Source: Nemertoderma westbladi
Taxonomy: Eukaryota > Animalia > Xenacoelomorpha
Assembly: GCA_032718475.1 (NCBI GenBank)
Contig: JAUCBJ010003066.1
Span: 2,476-66,475, forward strand
DNA: 64,000 nucleotides
Direction: 5' to 3'
The notes under the pieces were generated by a model that saw only the letters and a list, made by a program, of their open reading frames with translations, searched no databases and had not been told where the DNA came from. Positions 24,301-39,663 of the stretch are shown piece after piece. The position numbers were made by a program, and so were the translations under genes. Numbering within the stretch: the stretch's first letter is position 1; every line of letters begins with the position of its first letter.

Positions 24301-27300
24301 AGCCACTCTATAGGAAACAATATAAAACAATGTCAGTGAGCCATTCTATAGGAAACAATATAAAACAATGTATGTGAGCCACTCTATAGGAAACAATATA
24401 AAACAATGTCTGTGAGCCGCGCCACTGTATAGGAAACAATATAAAACAATGTCTGTGAGCCACTCTATAGGAAACAATATAAAACAATGTCTGTGAGCCA
24501 CTCTATAGGAAACAATATAAAACAATGTCAGTGAGCCATTCTATAGGAAACAATATAAAACAATGTATGTGAGCCACTCTATAGGAAACAATATAAAACA
24601 ATGTCTGTGAGCCGCGCCACTGTATAGGAAACAATATAAAACAATGTCTGTGAGTCACTCTATAGGAAACAATATAAAACAATGACTGTGAGCCACTCTA
24701 TAGGAAACAATATAAAACAATGTCTGTGAGCCACTCTATAGGAAACAATATAAAACAATGTCTGTGAACCGCGCCACTCTATAGGAAACAATATAAAACA
24801 ATGTCTGTGAACCGCGCCACTCTATAGGAAACAATATAAAACAATGTCTGTGAGCCACTCTATAGGAAACAATATAAAACAATGTCTGTGAGCCACTCTA
24901 TAAGAAACAATATAAAACAATGTCTGTGAGCCGCGCCACTCTATAGGAAACAATATAAAACAATGTCTGTGAGCCACTCTATAGGAAACAATATAAAACA
25001 ATGTCTGTGAGTCACTCTATAGGAAACAATATAAAACAATGTCTGTGAATCACTCTATAGGAAACAATATAAAACAATGACTGTGAGCCACTCTATAGGA
25101 AACAATATAAAACAATGTCTGTGAGCCACTCTATAGGAAACAATATAAAACAATGTCTGTGAACCACTCTATAGGAAACAATATAAAACAATGTCTGTGA
25201 GCCACTCTATAGGAAACAATATAAAACAATGTCTGTGAGCCGCGCCACTCTATAGGAAACAATATAAAACAATGTCTGTGAGCCACTCTATAGGAAACAA
25301 TATAAAACAATGTCCGAGTGCCACTCTATAGGAAACAATATAAAACAATGTCTGTGAGCCACTCTATAGGAAACAATATAAAACAATGTCTGTGAGCCGC
25401 GCCACTCTATAGGAAACAATATAAAACAATGTCTGTGAGCCACTCTATAGGAAACAATATAAAACAATGTCTGTGAGCCGCGCCACTCTATAGGAAACAA
25501 TATAAAACAATGTCTGTGAGCCACTCTATAGGAAACAATATAAAACAATGTCTGTGAGCCGCGCCACTCTATAGGAAACAATATAAAACAATGTCTGTGA
25601 GCCACTCTATAGGAAACAATATAAAACAATGTCTGTGAGCCGCGCCACTCTATAGGAAACAATATAAAACAATGTCTGTGAGCCGCGCCACTCTATAGGA
25701 AACAATATAAAACAATGTCTGTGAGCCACTCTATAGGAAACAATACAAAACAATGTCTGTGAGCAGCGCCACTCTATAGGAAACAATATAAAACAATGTC
25801 TATGAGCCGCGCCACTCTATAGGAAACAATATAAAACAATGTCTGTGAGCCACTCTATAGGAAACAATATAAAACAACGTCTGTGAGCCGCGCCACTCTA
25901 TAGGAAACAATATAAAACAATGTCTGTGAGCCGCGCCACTCTATAGGAAACAATATAAAACAATGTCTGTGAGCCGCGCCACTCTATAGGAAACAATATA
26001 AAACAATGTCTGTGAGCCGCGCCACTCTATAGGAAACAATATAAAACAATGTCTGTGAGCCACTCTATAGGAAACAATATAAAACAATGTCTGTGAGCCG
26101 CGCCACTCTATAGGAAACAATATAAAACAATGTCTGCGAGCCACTCTATAGGAAACAACATAAAACAATGTCTGTGAACCACTCTATAGGAAACAATATA
26201 AAACAATGTCTGTGAGCCGCGCCACTCTATAGGAAACAATATAAAACAATGACTGTGAGCCACTCTATATGAAACAATATAAAACAATGACTGTGAGCCA
26301 CTCTATAGGAAACAATATAAAACAATGTCTGTGAGCCGCGCCACTCTATATGAAACAATATAAAACAATGACTGTGAGCCACTCTATAGGAAACAATACA
26401 AAACAATGTCTGTGAGCCATTCTATAGGAAACAATATAAAACAATGTCTGTGAACCACTCTATAGGAAACAATATAAAACAATGTCTGTGAGCCACTCTA
26501 TAGGAAACAATATAAAACAATGTCTGTGAGCCGCGCCACTCTATAGGAAACAATATAAAACAATGTCTGTGAGCCACTCTATAGGAAACAATATAAAACA
26601 ATGTCTGTGAGTCGCGCCACTGTATAGGAAACAATATAAAACAATGTCTGTGAGTCGCGCCACTGTATAGGAAACAATATAAAACAATGTCTGTGAGCCA
26701 CTCTATAGGAAACAATATAAAACAATGTCTGTGAGTCGCGCCACTGTATAGGAAACAATATAAAACAATGTCTGTGAGTCGCGCCACTGTATAGGAAACA
26801 ATATAAAACAATGTATGTGAGCCGCGCCACTCTATAGGAAACAATATAAAACAATGTCTGTGAGCCGCGCCACTGTATAGGAAACAATATAAAACAATGT
26901 CTGTGAGTCGCGCCACTGTATAGGAAACAATATAAAACAATGTCTGTGAGCCGCGCCACTCTATAGGAAACAATATAAAACAATGACTGTGAGCCACTCT
27001 ATAGGAAACAATATAAAACAATGTCTGTGAGTCGAGCCACTGTATAGGAAACAATATAAAACAATGTCTGTGAGTCGCGCCACTGTATAGGAAACAATAT
27101 AAAACAATGTATGTGAGCCGCGCCACTCTATAGGAAACAATATAAAACAATGTCTGTGAGCCGCGCCACTGTATAGGAAACAATATAAAACAATGTCTGT
27201 GAGTCGCGCCACTGTATAGGAAACAATATAAAACAATGTCTGTGAGTCGCGCCACTGTATAGGAAACAATATAAAACAATGTATGTGAGCCGCGCCACTC

Positions 27301-30300
27301 TATAGCAAACAATATAAAACAATGTCTGTGAGCCGCGCCACTCTATAGGAAACAATATAAAACAATGTCCGAGTGCCACTCTATAAGAAACAATATAAAA
27401 CAGTGTCTGTGAGTCGCGCCACTGTATAGGAAACAATATAAAACAATGTCTGTGAGCCGCGCCACTGTATAGGAAACAATATAAAACAATGTCTGTGAGC
27501 CACTCTATAGGAAACAATATAAAACAATGTCTGTGAGTCGCGCCACTGTATAGGAAACAATATAAAACAATGTCTGTGAGTCGCGCCACTGTATAGGAAA
27601 CAATATAAAACAATGTCTGTGAGCCACTCTATAGGAAACAATATAAAACAATGTCTGTGAGTCGCGCCACTGTATAGGAAACAATATAAAACAATGTCTG
27701 TGAGTCGCGCCACTGTATAGGAAACAATATAAAACAATGTATGTGAGCCGCGCCACTCTATAGGAAACAATATAAAACAATGTCTGTGAGCCGCGCCACT
27801 GTATAGGAAACAATATAAAACAATGTCTGTGAGTCGCGCCACTGTATAGGAAACAATATAAAACAATGTCTGTGAGTCGCGCCACTGTATAGGAAACAAT
27901 ATAAAACAATGTCTGTGAGCCACTCTATAGGAAACAATATAAAACAATGTCTGTGAGCCGCGCCACTGTATAGGAAACAATATAAAACAATGTCTGTGAG
28001 TCGCGCCACTGTATAGGAAACAATATAAAACAATATCTGTGAGCCGCGCCACTCTATAGGAAACAATATAAAACAATGTCTGTGAGCCACTCTATAGGAA
28101 ACAATATAAAACAATGTCTGTGAGCCACTCTATAGGAAACAATATAAAACAATGTCCGAGGGCCACTCTATAGGAAACAATATAAAACAATGTCTGTGAG
28201 CCGCGCCACTCTATAGGAAACAATATAAAACAATGTCTGTGAGCCGCGCCACTCTATAGGAAACAATATAAAACAATGTCTGTGAGCCGCGCCACTCTAT
28301 AGGAAACAATATAAAACAATGTTTGTGAGCCGCGCCACTGTATAGGAAACAATATAAAACAATGTCTGTGAGCCGCGCCACTGTATAGGAAACAATATAA
28401 AACAATGTCTGTGAGCCACTCTATAGGAAACAATATAAAACAATGTCTGTGAGCCGAGCCACTCTATAGGAAACAATATAAAACAATGTCAGTGAGCCGC
28501 GCCACTCTATAGGAAACAATATAAAACAATGTCCGAGTGCCACTCTATAGGAAACAATATAAAACAATGTCTGTGAGCCGAGCCACTCTATAGGAAACAA
28601 TATAAAACAATGTCAGTGAGCCGCGCCACTCTATAGGAAACAATATAAAACAATGTCCGAGTGCCACTCTATAGGAAACAATATAAAACAATGTCTGTGA
28701 GCCGCGCCACTCTATAGGAAACAATATAAAACAATGTCTGTGAGCCGCGCCACTCTATAGGAAACAATATAAAACAATGACTGTGAGCCACTCTATAGGA
28801 AACAATATAAAACAATGTCTGTGAGCCGAGCCACTCTATAGGAAACAATATAAAACAATGTCTGTGAGCCGCGCCACTCTATAGGAAACAATATAAAACA
28901 ATGTCTGTGAGCCACTCTATAGGAAACAATATAAAACAATGTCTGTGAGCCGCGCCACTCTATAGGAAACAATATAAAACAATGTCTGTGAGCCGCTCTA
29001 TAGGAAACAATATAAAACAATGTCTGTGAGCCACTCTATAGGAAACAATATAAAACAATGACTGTGAGCCACTCTATAGGAAACAATATAAAACAATGTC
29101 TGTGAGTTGCGCCACTGTATAGGAAACAATATAAAACAATGTCTGTGAGCCGCGCCACTCTATAGGAAACAATATAAAACAATGTCTGTGAGTCGCGCCA
29201 CTCTATAGGAAACAATATAAAACAATGTCTGTGAGTCGCGCCACTGTATAGGAAACAATATAAAACAATGTCTGTGAGCCGCGCCACTGTATAGGAAACA
29301 ATATAAAACAATGTCTGTGAGCCGCGCCACTGTATAGGAAACAATATAAAACAATGTCTGTGAGCCACTCTATAGGAAACAATATAAAACAATGTCTGTG
29401 AGCCGCGCCACTCTATAGGAAACAATATAAAACAATGTCCGAGGGCCACTCTATAGGAAACAATATAAAACAATGTCTGTGAGCCACTCTATAGGAAACA
29501 ATATAAAACAATGTCTGTGAGCCACTCTATAGGAAACAATATAAAACAATGTCTGTGAGTCGCGCCACTGTATAGGAAACAATATAAAACAATGTCTGTG
29601 AGCCGCGCCACTCTATAGGAAACAATATAAAACAATGTCTGTGAGCCGCGCCACTCTATAGGAAACAATATAAAACAATGACTGTGAGCCACTCTATAGG
29701 AAACAATATAAAACAATGTCTGTGAGTTGCGCCACTGTATAGGAAACAATATAAAACAATGTCTGTGAGCCGCGCCACTCTATAGGAAACAATATAAAAC
29801 AATGTCTGTGAGTCGCGCCACTCTATAGGAAACAATATAAAACAATGTCTGTGAGTCGCGCCACTGTATAGGAAACAATATAAAACAATGTCTGTGAGCC
29901 GCGCCACTGTATAGGAAACAATATAAAACAATGTCTGTGAGCCGCGCCACTGTATAGGAAACAATATAAAACAATGTCTGTGAGCCACTCTATAGGAAAC
30001 AATATAAAACAATGTCTGTGAGCCGCGCCACTCTATAGGAAACAATATAAAACAATGTCCGAGGGCCACTCTATAGGAAACAATATAAAACAATGTCTGT
30101 GAGCCACTCTATAGGAAACAATATAAAACAATGTCTGTGAGCCACTCTATAGGAAACAATATAAAACAATGTCTGTGAGTCGCGCCACTGCATAGGAAAC
30201 AATATAAAACAATGTCTGTGAGCCGCGCCACTCTATAGGAAACAATATAAAACAATGTCTGTGAGCCGCGCCACTCTATAGGAAACAATATAAAACAATG

Positions 30301-33300
30301 ACTGTGAGCCACTCTATAGGAAACAATATAAAACAATGTCTGTGAGTTGCGCCACTGTATAGGAAACAATATAAAACAATGTCTGTGAGCCGCGCCACTC
30401 TATAGGAAACAATATAAAACAATGTCTGTGAGTCGCGCCACTCTATAGGAAACAATATAAAACAATGTCTGTGAGTCGCGCCACTGTATAGGAAACAATA
30501 TAAAACAATGTCTGTGAGCCGCGCCACTGTATAGGAAACAATATAAAACAATGTCTGTGAGCCGCGCCACTGTATAGGAAACAATATAAAACAATGTCTG
30601 TGAGCCACTCTATAGGAAACAATATAAAACAATGTCTGTGAGCCGAGCCACTCTATAGGAAACAATATAAAACAATGTCTGTGAGCCACTCTATAGGAAA
30701 CAATATAAAACAATGTCTGTGAGTCGCGCCACTGTATAGGAAACAATATAAAACAATGTCTGTGAGCCGCGCCACTGTATAGGAAACAATATAAAACAAT
30801 GTCTGTGAGCCACTCTATAGGAAACAATATAAAACAATGTCTGTGAGCCGCGCCACTCTATAGGAAACAATATAAAACAATGTCTGTGAGCCGCGCCACT
30901 CTATAGGAAACAATATAAAACAATGTCTGTGAGCCGCGCCACTCTATAGGAAACAATATAAAACAATGTCTGTGAGCCGCGCCACTCTATAGGAAACAAT
31001 ATAAAACAATGTCTGTGAGCCACTCTATAGGAAACAATATAAAACAATGTCAGTGAGCCATTCTATAGGAAACAATATAAAACAATGTATGTGAGCCACT
31101 CTATAGGAAACAATATAAAACAATGTCTGTGAGCCGCGCCACTGTATAGGAAACAATATAAAACAATGTCTGTGAGCCACTCTATAGAAAACAATATAAA
31201 ACAATGTCTGTGAGCCACTCTATAGGAAACAATATAAAACAATGTCAGTGAGCCATTCTATAGGAAACAATATAAAACAATGTATGTGAGCCACTCTATA
31301 GGAAACAATATAAAACAATGTCTGTGAGCCGCGCCACTGTATAGGAAACAATATAAAACAATGTCTGTGAGTCACTCTATAGGAAACAATATAAAACAAT
31401 GACTGTGAGCCACTCTATAGGAAACAATATAAAACAATGTCTGTGAGCCACTCTATAGGAAACAATATAAAACAATGTCTGTGAACCGCGCCACTCTATA
31501 GGAAACAATATAAAACAATGTCTGTGCACCGCGCCACTCTATAGGAAACAATATAAAACAATGTCTGTGAGCCACTCTATAGGAAACAATATAAAACAAT
31601 GTCTGTGAGCCACTCTATAAGAAACAATATAAAACAATGTCTGTGAGCCGCGCCACTCTATAGGAAACAATATAAAACAATGTCTGTGAGCCACTCTATA
31701 GGAAACAATATAAAACAATGTCTGTGAGTCACTCTATAGGAAACAATATAAAACAATGTCTGTGAATCACTCTATAGGAAACAATATAAAACAATGACTG
31801 TGAGCCACTCTATAGGAAACAATATAAAACAATGTCTGTGAGCCACTCTATAGGAAACAATATAAAACAATGTCTGTGAACCACTCTATAGGAAACAATA
31901 TAAAACAATGTCTGTGAGCCACTCTATAGGAAACAATATAAAACAATGTCTGTGAGCCGCGCCACTCTATAGGAAACAATATAAAACAATGTCTGTGAGC
32001 CACTCTATAGGAAACAATATAAAACAATGTCCGAGTGCCACTCTATAGGAAACAATATAAAACAATGTCTGTGAGCCACTCTATAGGAAACAATATAAAA
32101 CAATGTCTGTGAGCCACTCTATAGGAAACAATATAAAACAATGTCTGTGAGCCACTCTATAGGAAACAATATAAAACAATGTCTGTGAGCCACTCTATAG
32201 GAAACAATATAAAACAATGTCTGTGAGCCGCGCCACTCTATAGGAAACAATATAAAACAATGTCTGTGAGCCACTCTATAGGAAACAATATAAAACAATG
32301 ACTGTGAGCCGCGCCATTCTATAGGAAACAATATAAAACAATGTCTGTGAGCCACTCTATAGGAAACAATATAAAACAATGTCTGTGAGCCACTCTATAG
32401 GAAACAATATAAAACAATGACTGTGAGCCACTCTATAGGAAACAATATAAAACAATGTCTGTGGGCCACTCTATAGGAAACAATAGAAAACAATGTCTGT
32501 GAGCCACTCTATAGGAAACAATATAAAACAATGTCTGTGAGCCACTCTATAGGAAACAATATAAAACAATGTCTGTGGGCCACTCTATAGGAAACAATAT
32601 AAAACAATGTCTGTGAGCCACTCTATAGGAAACAATATAAAACAATGTCCGAGTGCCACTCTATAGGAAACAATATAAAACAATGTCTGTGAGCCACTCT
32701 ATAGGAAACAATATAAAACAATGTCTGTGAGCCACTCTATAGGAAACAATATAAAACAATGTCCGAGTGCCACTCTATAGGAAACAATATAAAACAATGT
32801 CTGTGAGCCACTCTATAGGAAACAATATAAAACAATGTCTGTGAGCCACTCTATAGGAAACAATATAAAACAATGACTGTGAGCCACTCTATAGGAAACA
32901 ATATAAAACAATGTCTGTGAGCCACTCTATAGGAAACAATATAAAACAATGTCTGTGAGCCGCGCCACTCTATAGGAAACAATATAAAACAATGTCTGTG
33001 AGCCACTCTATAGGAAGCAATATAAAACAATGTCTGTGAGCCACTCTATAGGAAACAATATAAAACAATGACTGTGAGCCATTCTATAGGAAACAATATA
33101 AAACAATGTCTGTGAGCCGCTCTATAGGAAACAATATAAAACAATGTATGTCTGTGAGCCGCGCCACTCTATAGGAAACAATATAAAACAATGTCCGAGT
33201 GCCACTCTATAGGAAACAATATAAAACAATGACAGTGAGCCGCGCCACTCTATAGGAAACAATATAAAACAATGTATGTGAGCCACTCTATAGGAAACAA

Positions 33301-36300
33301 TATAAAACAATGTCTGTGAGCCGCGCCACTCTATAGGAAACAATATAAAACAATGACTGTGAGCCACTCTATAGGAAACAATATAAAACAATGACTGTGA
33401 GCCGCGCCACTCTATAGGAAACAATATAAAACAATGTCTGTGAGCCACTCTATAGGAAACAATATAAAACAATGACTGTGAGCCGCGCCACTCTATAGGA
33501 AACAATATAAAACAATGTATGTGAGCCACTCTATAGGAAACAATATAAAACAATGTCTGTGAGCCGCGCCACTCTATAGGAAACAATATAAAACAATGTC
33601 TGTGAGCCGCGCCACTCTATAGGAAACAATATAAAACAATGTCTGTGAGCCGCTCTATAGGAAACAATATAAAACAATGTCTGTGAGCCACTCTATAGGA
33701 AACAATATAAAACAATGTATGTGAGCCACTCTATAGGAAACAATATAAAACAATGTCTGTGAGCCGCGCCACTCTATAGGAAACAATATAAAACAATGAC
33801 TGTGAGCCACTCTATAGGAAACAATATAAAACAATGACTGTGAGCCGCGCCACTCTATAGGAAACAATATAAAACAATGTATGTGAGCCACTCTATAGGA
33901 AACAATATAAAACAATGACTGTGAGCCGAGCCACTGTATAGGAAACAATATAAAACAATGTCTGTGAGCCACTCTATAGGAAACAATATAAAACAATGAC
34001 TGTGAGCCGCGCCACTCTATAGGAAACAATATAAAACAATGTATGTGAGCCACTCTATAGGAAACAATATAAAACAATGTCTGTGAGCCGCGCCACTGTA
34101 TAGGAAACAATATAAAACAATGACTGTGAGCCGCGCCACTCTATAGGAAACAATATAAAACAATGTATGTGAGCCACTCTATAGGAAACAATATAAAACA
34201 ATGTCTGTGAGCCGCGCCACTGTATAGGAAACAATATAAAACAATGTCTGTGAGCCGCTCTATAGGAAACAATATAAAACAATGTCTGTGAGCCACTCTA
34301 TAGGAAACAATATAAAACAATGTCTGTGAGCCGCGCCACTCTATAGGAAACAATATAAAACAATGTCTGTGAGCCACTCTATAGGAAACAATATAAAACA
34401 ATGTCTGTGAGCCACTCTATAGGAAACAATATAAAACAATGTCTGTGAGCCACTCTATAGGAAACAATATAAAACAATGTCTGTGAGCCGCTCTATACGA
34501 AACAATATAAAACAATGTCTGTGAGCCACTCTATAGGAAACAATATAAAACAACGTCTGTGAGTCGCGCCACTGTATAGGAAACAATATAAAACAATGTC
34601 TGTGAGCCGCGCCACTCTATAGGAAACAATATAAAACAATGTCTGTGAGCCGCGCCACTCTATAGGAAACAATATAAAACAATGTCTGTGAGCCACTCTA
34701 TAGGAAACAATATAAAACAATGTCTGTGAGCCGCTCTATAGGAAACAATATAAAACAATGTCCGAGTGCCACTCTATAGGAAACAATATAAAACAATGTC
34801 TGTGAGCCACTCTATAGGAAACAATATAAAACAATGTCTGTGAGCCGAGCCACTCTATAGGAAACAATATAAAACAATGTCTGTGAGCCACTCTATAGGA
34901 AACAATATAAAACAATGTCTGTGAGCCACTCTATAGGAAACAATATAAAACAATGTCTGTGAGCCGCGCCACTCTATAGGAAACAATATAAAACAATGTC
35001 TGTGAGCCATTCTATAGGAAACAATATAAAACAATGTCTGTGAGCCGCGCCACTCTATAGGAAACAATATAAAACAATGTCTGTGAGCCACTCTATAGGA
35101 AACAATATAAAACAATGTCTGTGAGCCACTCTATAGGAAACAATATAAAACAATGTCTGTGAGCCACTCTATAGGAAACAATATAAAACAATGACTGTGA
35201 GCCGCGCCATTCTATAGGAAACAATATAAAACAATGTCTGTGAGCCACTCTATAGGAAACAATATAAAACAATGTCTGTGAGCCGCGCCACTCTATAGGA
35301 AACAATATAAAACAATGTCTGTGAGCCACTCTATAGAAAACAATATAAAACAATGTCTGTGAGCCGCGCCACTCTATAGGAAACAATATAAAACAATGTC
35401 TGTGAGCCGCGCCACTCTATAGGAAACAATATAAAACAATGTCTGTGAGCCACTCTATAGGAAACAATATAAAACAATGTCTGTGAGCCGCGCCACTCTA
35501 TAGGAAACAATATAAAACAATGTCTGTGAGCCGCTCTATAGGAAACAATATAAAACAATGTCTGTGAGCCGCGCCACTCTATAGGAAACAATATAAAACA
35601 ATGTCTGTGAGCCGCTCTATAGGAAACAATATAAAACAATGTCTGTGAGCCGCGCCACTCTATAGGAAACAATATAAAACAATGTCTGTGAGCCACTCTA
35701 TAGGAAACAATATAAAACAATGTCTGTGAGCCGCGCCACTCTATAGGAAACAATATAAAACAATGTATGTGAGCCACTCCATAGGAAACAATATAAAACA
35801 ATGTCTGTGAGCCGCGCCACTCTATAGGAAACAATATAAAACAATGTCTGTGAGCCGCGCCACTCTATAGGAAACAATATAAAACAATGTCTGTGAGCCG
35901 CGCCACTCTATAGGAAACAATACAAAACAATGTCTGTGAGCCGCTCTATAGGAAACAATACAAAACAATGTCTGTGAGCCGCGCCACTCTATAGGAAACA
36001 ATATAAAACAATGTCTGTGAGCCACTCTATAGGAAACAATATAAAACAATGTCTGTGAGCCGCGCCACTCTATAGGAAACAATATAAAACAATGTCTGTG
36101 AGCCACTCTATAGGAAACAATATAAAACAATGTCTGTGAGCCACTCTATAGGAAACAATATAAAACAATGTCTGTGAGCCGTGCCACTCTATAGGAAACA
36201 ATATAAAACAATGTCTGTGAGCCACTCTATAGGAAACAATATAAAACAATGTCTGTGAGCCACTCTATAGGAAACAATATAAAACAATGTCTGTGAGTCG

Positions 36301-38933
36301 CTCTATAGGAAACAATATAAAACAATGACTGTGAGCCGCGCCACTCTATAGGAAACAATATAAAACAATGACTGTGAGCCGCGCCACTGTATAGGAAACA
36401 ATATAAAACAATGACTGTGAGCCACTCTATAGGAAACAATATAAAACAATGTCTGTGAGCCGAGCCACTCTATAGGAAACAATATAAAACAATGTCTGTG
36501 AGCCACTCTATGGGAAACAATATAAAACAATGTCTGTGAGCCGCGCCACTCTATAGGAAACAATATAAAACAATGTCTGTGAGCCGCGCCACTCTATAGG
36601 AAACAATATAAAACAATGTCTGTGAGCCGCGCCACTCTATAGGAAACAATATAAAACAATGACTGTGAGCCACTCTATAGGAAACAATATAAAACAATGT
36701 CTGTGAGCCGAGCCACTCTATAGGAAACAATATAAAACAATAAATGTGAGCCACTCTATAGGAAACAATATAAAACAATGTCTGTGAGCCGCGCCACTCT
36801 ATAGGAAACAATATAAAACAATGTCTGTGAGCCACTCTATGGGAAACAATATAAAACAATGTCTGTGAGCCGCGCCACTCTATAGGAAACAATATAAAAC
36901 AATGTCTGTGAGCCACTCTATAGGAAACAATATAAAACAATGTCTGTGAGCCACTCTATAGGAAACAATATAAAACAATGTCTGTGAGCCACTCTATAGG
37001 AAACAATATAAAACAATGTCCGAGTGCCACTCTATAGGAAACAATATAAAACAATGTCTGTGAGCCGCGCCACTCTATAGGAAACAATATAAAACAATGA
37101 CTGTGAGCCGCGCCACTCTATAGGAAACAATATAAAACAATGTCTGTGAGCCACTCTATAGGAAACAATATAAAACAATGTCTGTGAGCCACTCTATGGG
37201 AAACAATATAAAACAATGTCTGTGAGCCGCGCCACTCTATAGGAAACAATATAAAACAATGTCTGTGAGCCACTCTATAGGAAACAATATAAAACAATGT
37301 CTGTGAGCCACTCTATAGGAAACAATATAAAACAATGTCTGTGAGCCACTCTATAGGAAACAATATAAAACAATGTCTGTGAGCCGTGCCACTCTATAGG
37401 AAACAATATAAAACAATGTCTGTGAGCCACTCTATAGGAAACAATATAAAACAATGTCTGTGAGCCACTCTATAGGAAACAATATAAAACAATGTCTGTG
37501 AGTCGCTCTATAGGAAACAATATAAAACAATGACTGTGAGCCGCGCCACTCTATAGGAAACAATATAAAACAATGACTGTGAGCCGCGCCACTGTATAGG
37601 AAACAATATAAAACAATGACTGTGAGCCACTCTATAGGAAACAATATAAAACAATGTCTGTGAGCCGAGCCACTCTATAGGAAACAATATAAAACAATGT
37701 CTGTGAGCCACTCTATGGGAAACAATATAAAACAATGTCTGTGAGCCGCGCCACTCTATAGGAAACAATATAAAACAATGTCTGTGAGCCGCTCTATAGG
37801 AAACAATATAAAACAATGTCTGTGAGCCGCGCCACTCTATAGGAAACAATATAAAACAATGACTGTGAGCCACTCTATAGGAAACAATATAAAACAATGT
37901 CTGTGAGCCGAGCCACTCTATAGGAAACAATATAAAACAATAAATGTGAGCCACTCTATAGGAAACAATATAAAACAATGTCTGTGAGCCGCGCCACTCT
38001 ATAGGAAACAATATAAAACAATGTCTGTGAGCCACTCTATGGGAAACAATATAAAACAATGTCTGTGAGCCGCGCCACTCTATAGGAAACAATATAAAAC
38101 AATGTCTGTGAGCCACTCTATAGGAAACAATATAAAACAATGTCTGTGAGCCACTCTATAGGAAACAATATAAAACAATGTCTGTGAGCCACTCTATAGG
38201 AAACAATATAAAACAATGTCCGAGTGCCACTCTATAGGAAACAATATAAAACAATGTCTGTGAGCCGCGCCACTCTATAGGAAACAATATAAAACAATGA
38301 CTGTGAGCCGCGCCACTCTATAGGAAACAATATAAAACAATGTCTGTGAGCCACTCTATAGGAAACAATATAAAACAATGTCTGTGAGCCACTCTATGGG
38401 AAACAATATAAAACAATGTCTGTGAGCCGCGCCACTCTATAGGAAACAATATAAAACAATGTCTGTGAGCCACTCTATAGGAAACAATATAAAACAATGT
38501 CTGTGAGCCGCTCTATAGGAAACAATATAAAACAATGTATGTCTATGAGCCACTCTATAGGAAACAATATAAAACAATGTCTGTGAGCCGCGCCACTCTA
38601 TAGGAAACAATATAAAACAATGTCTGTGAGCCACTCTATAGGAAACAATATAAAACAATGTCTGTGAGCCACTCTATAGGAAACAATATAAAACAATGTC
38701 TGTGAGCCGCGCCACTCTATAGGAAACAATATAAAACAATGTCTGTGAGCCACTCTATAGGAAACAATATAAAACAATGTCTGTGAGCCACTCTATAGGA
38801 AACAATATAAAACAATGTCTGTGAGCCACTCTATAGGAAACAATATAAAACAATGTCTGTGAGCCACTCTATAGAAAACAATATAAAACAATGACTGTGA
38901 GCCACTCTATAGGAAACAATATAAAACAATGAC
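18291..38933 (-). repeat. 20.6-kb 38/43-bp satellite (~500 copies) filling POLR3C intron 4; unit = 3' splice acceptor plus exon-5 start
   Basis: Sense unit cattgttttatattgtttcctatag|agtgg(cgcgg)ctcacaga; the terminal copy runs straight into coding sequence. Confidence 0.98.
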
Positions 38934-38965
38934 TATACTTTTTTCCCTAGACGTCACCCACCCAC

Positions 38966-39126
38966 CTGACTACTTTCTGGATATCGACCGAGAAGTAATA
39001 TAGAGTCCGACTTGGCGACCGATCGGATGAGCGAGGAATCTCCCGCAAGTAAACGTAAGATTCCAGGAACATCTGGTACAATAACTGTTTGGTTTCCTTC
39101 GGCGGCAATAAAGCTATCGATTCTAT
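38966..39126 (-). CDS. POLR3C: POLR3C exon 4
   Basis: ttattgcag|ATA; IESIALLPPKETKQLLYQMFLESYVYLREIPRSSDRSPSRTLYYFSVDIQKVV (RPC62 motif EIPK..DHAPSRTFYLY.V); donor AG|GTGGGT. Confidence 0.93.
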
Positions 39127-39220
39127 CTGCAATAAATATATTACAGTCAAAGAGCTTCTAACCAAAACACTAAACTAATTCTCATTTTATTTGTGCCCCC
39201 CCCCCCTGATCCCTTCTCAC

Positions 39221-39663
39221 CTGTTTCTGATCCAGGGCTCCCTTCTCTAGTATCAACCGAAACAGTCGGGCTGACTTCGACCCGAATCTCTCCATCACTA
39301 TGGTAACCAGAGTCTCCCGTACCAGCAGTTGTACCCCGGACTTTATATTAACGGAGAACATCCCACCCCCGTCGTCCCCCGCCCGGGACACAAACGAGTT
39401 CGGGTCCTCAGCCATCATGTTGAGATAGGTGGTAACCATGGTTACGGAAGACTTAGTGTTGCCGGGGAGACCAGCGTGGACGCGGTGTGTGCTTATCGGT
39501 TCGGTGGAGGCGGCCCGGTAGACCGTGGTAACGCTGAGTCGCAGCACCGTCTGCACGATCTCGCCCGCTATTGGTCCGTAAGCGTTGGTTGTCACGGTAA
39601 CTAGGAGTTGGTCCCTCAGTGATTGGTGGAAACGGTCCGGGTTGATGTACCAACAGGAGGGGT
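39221..39663 (-). CDS. POLR3C: POLR3C exon 3
   Basis: cccgacag|AC; WYINPDRFHQSLRDQ...GDDGGGMFSVN...IVMERFGSKSARLFRLILEKGALDQKQ; donor CAG|GTGAGA. Confidence 0.93.

Noticed and set aside
18310-38933. Dozens of minus-strand ORFs (FYIVSYRVAHRHCFILFPIEW...) up to 296 aa
   Set aside because: They are translations of the satellite: 38+43 = 81 nt keeps frame, starts are non-ATG, and they lie inside a POLR3C intron.
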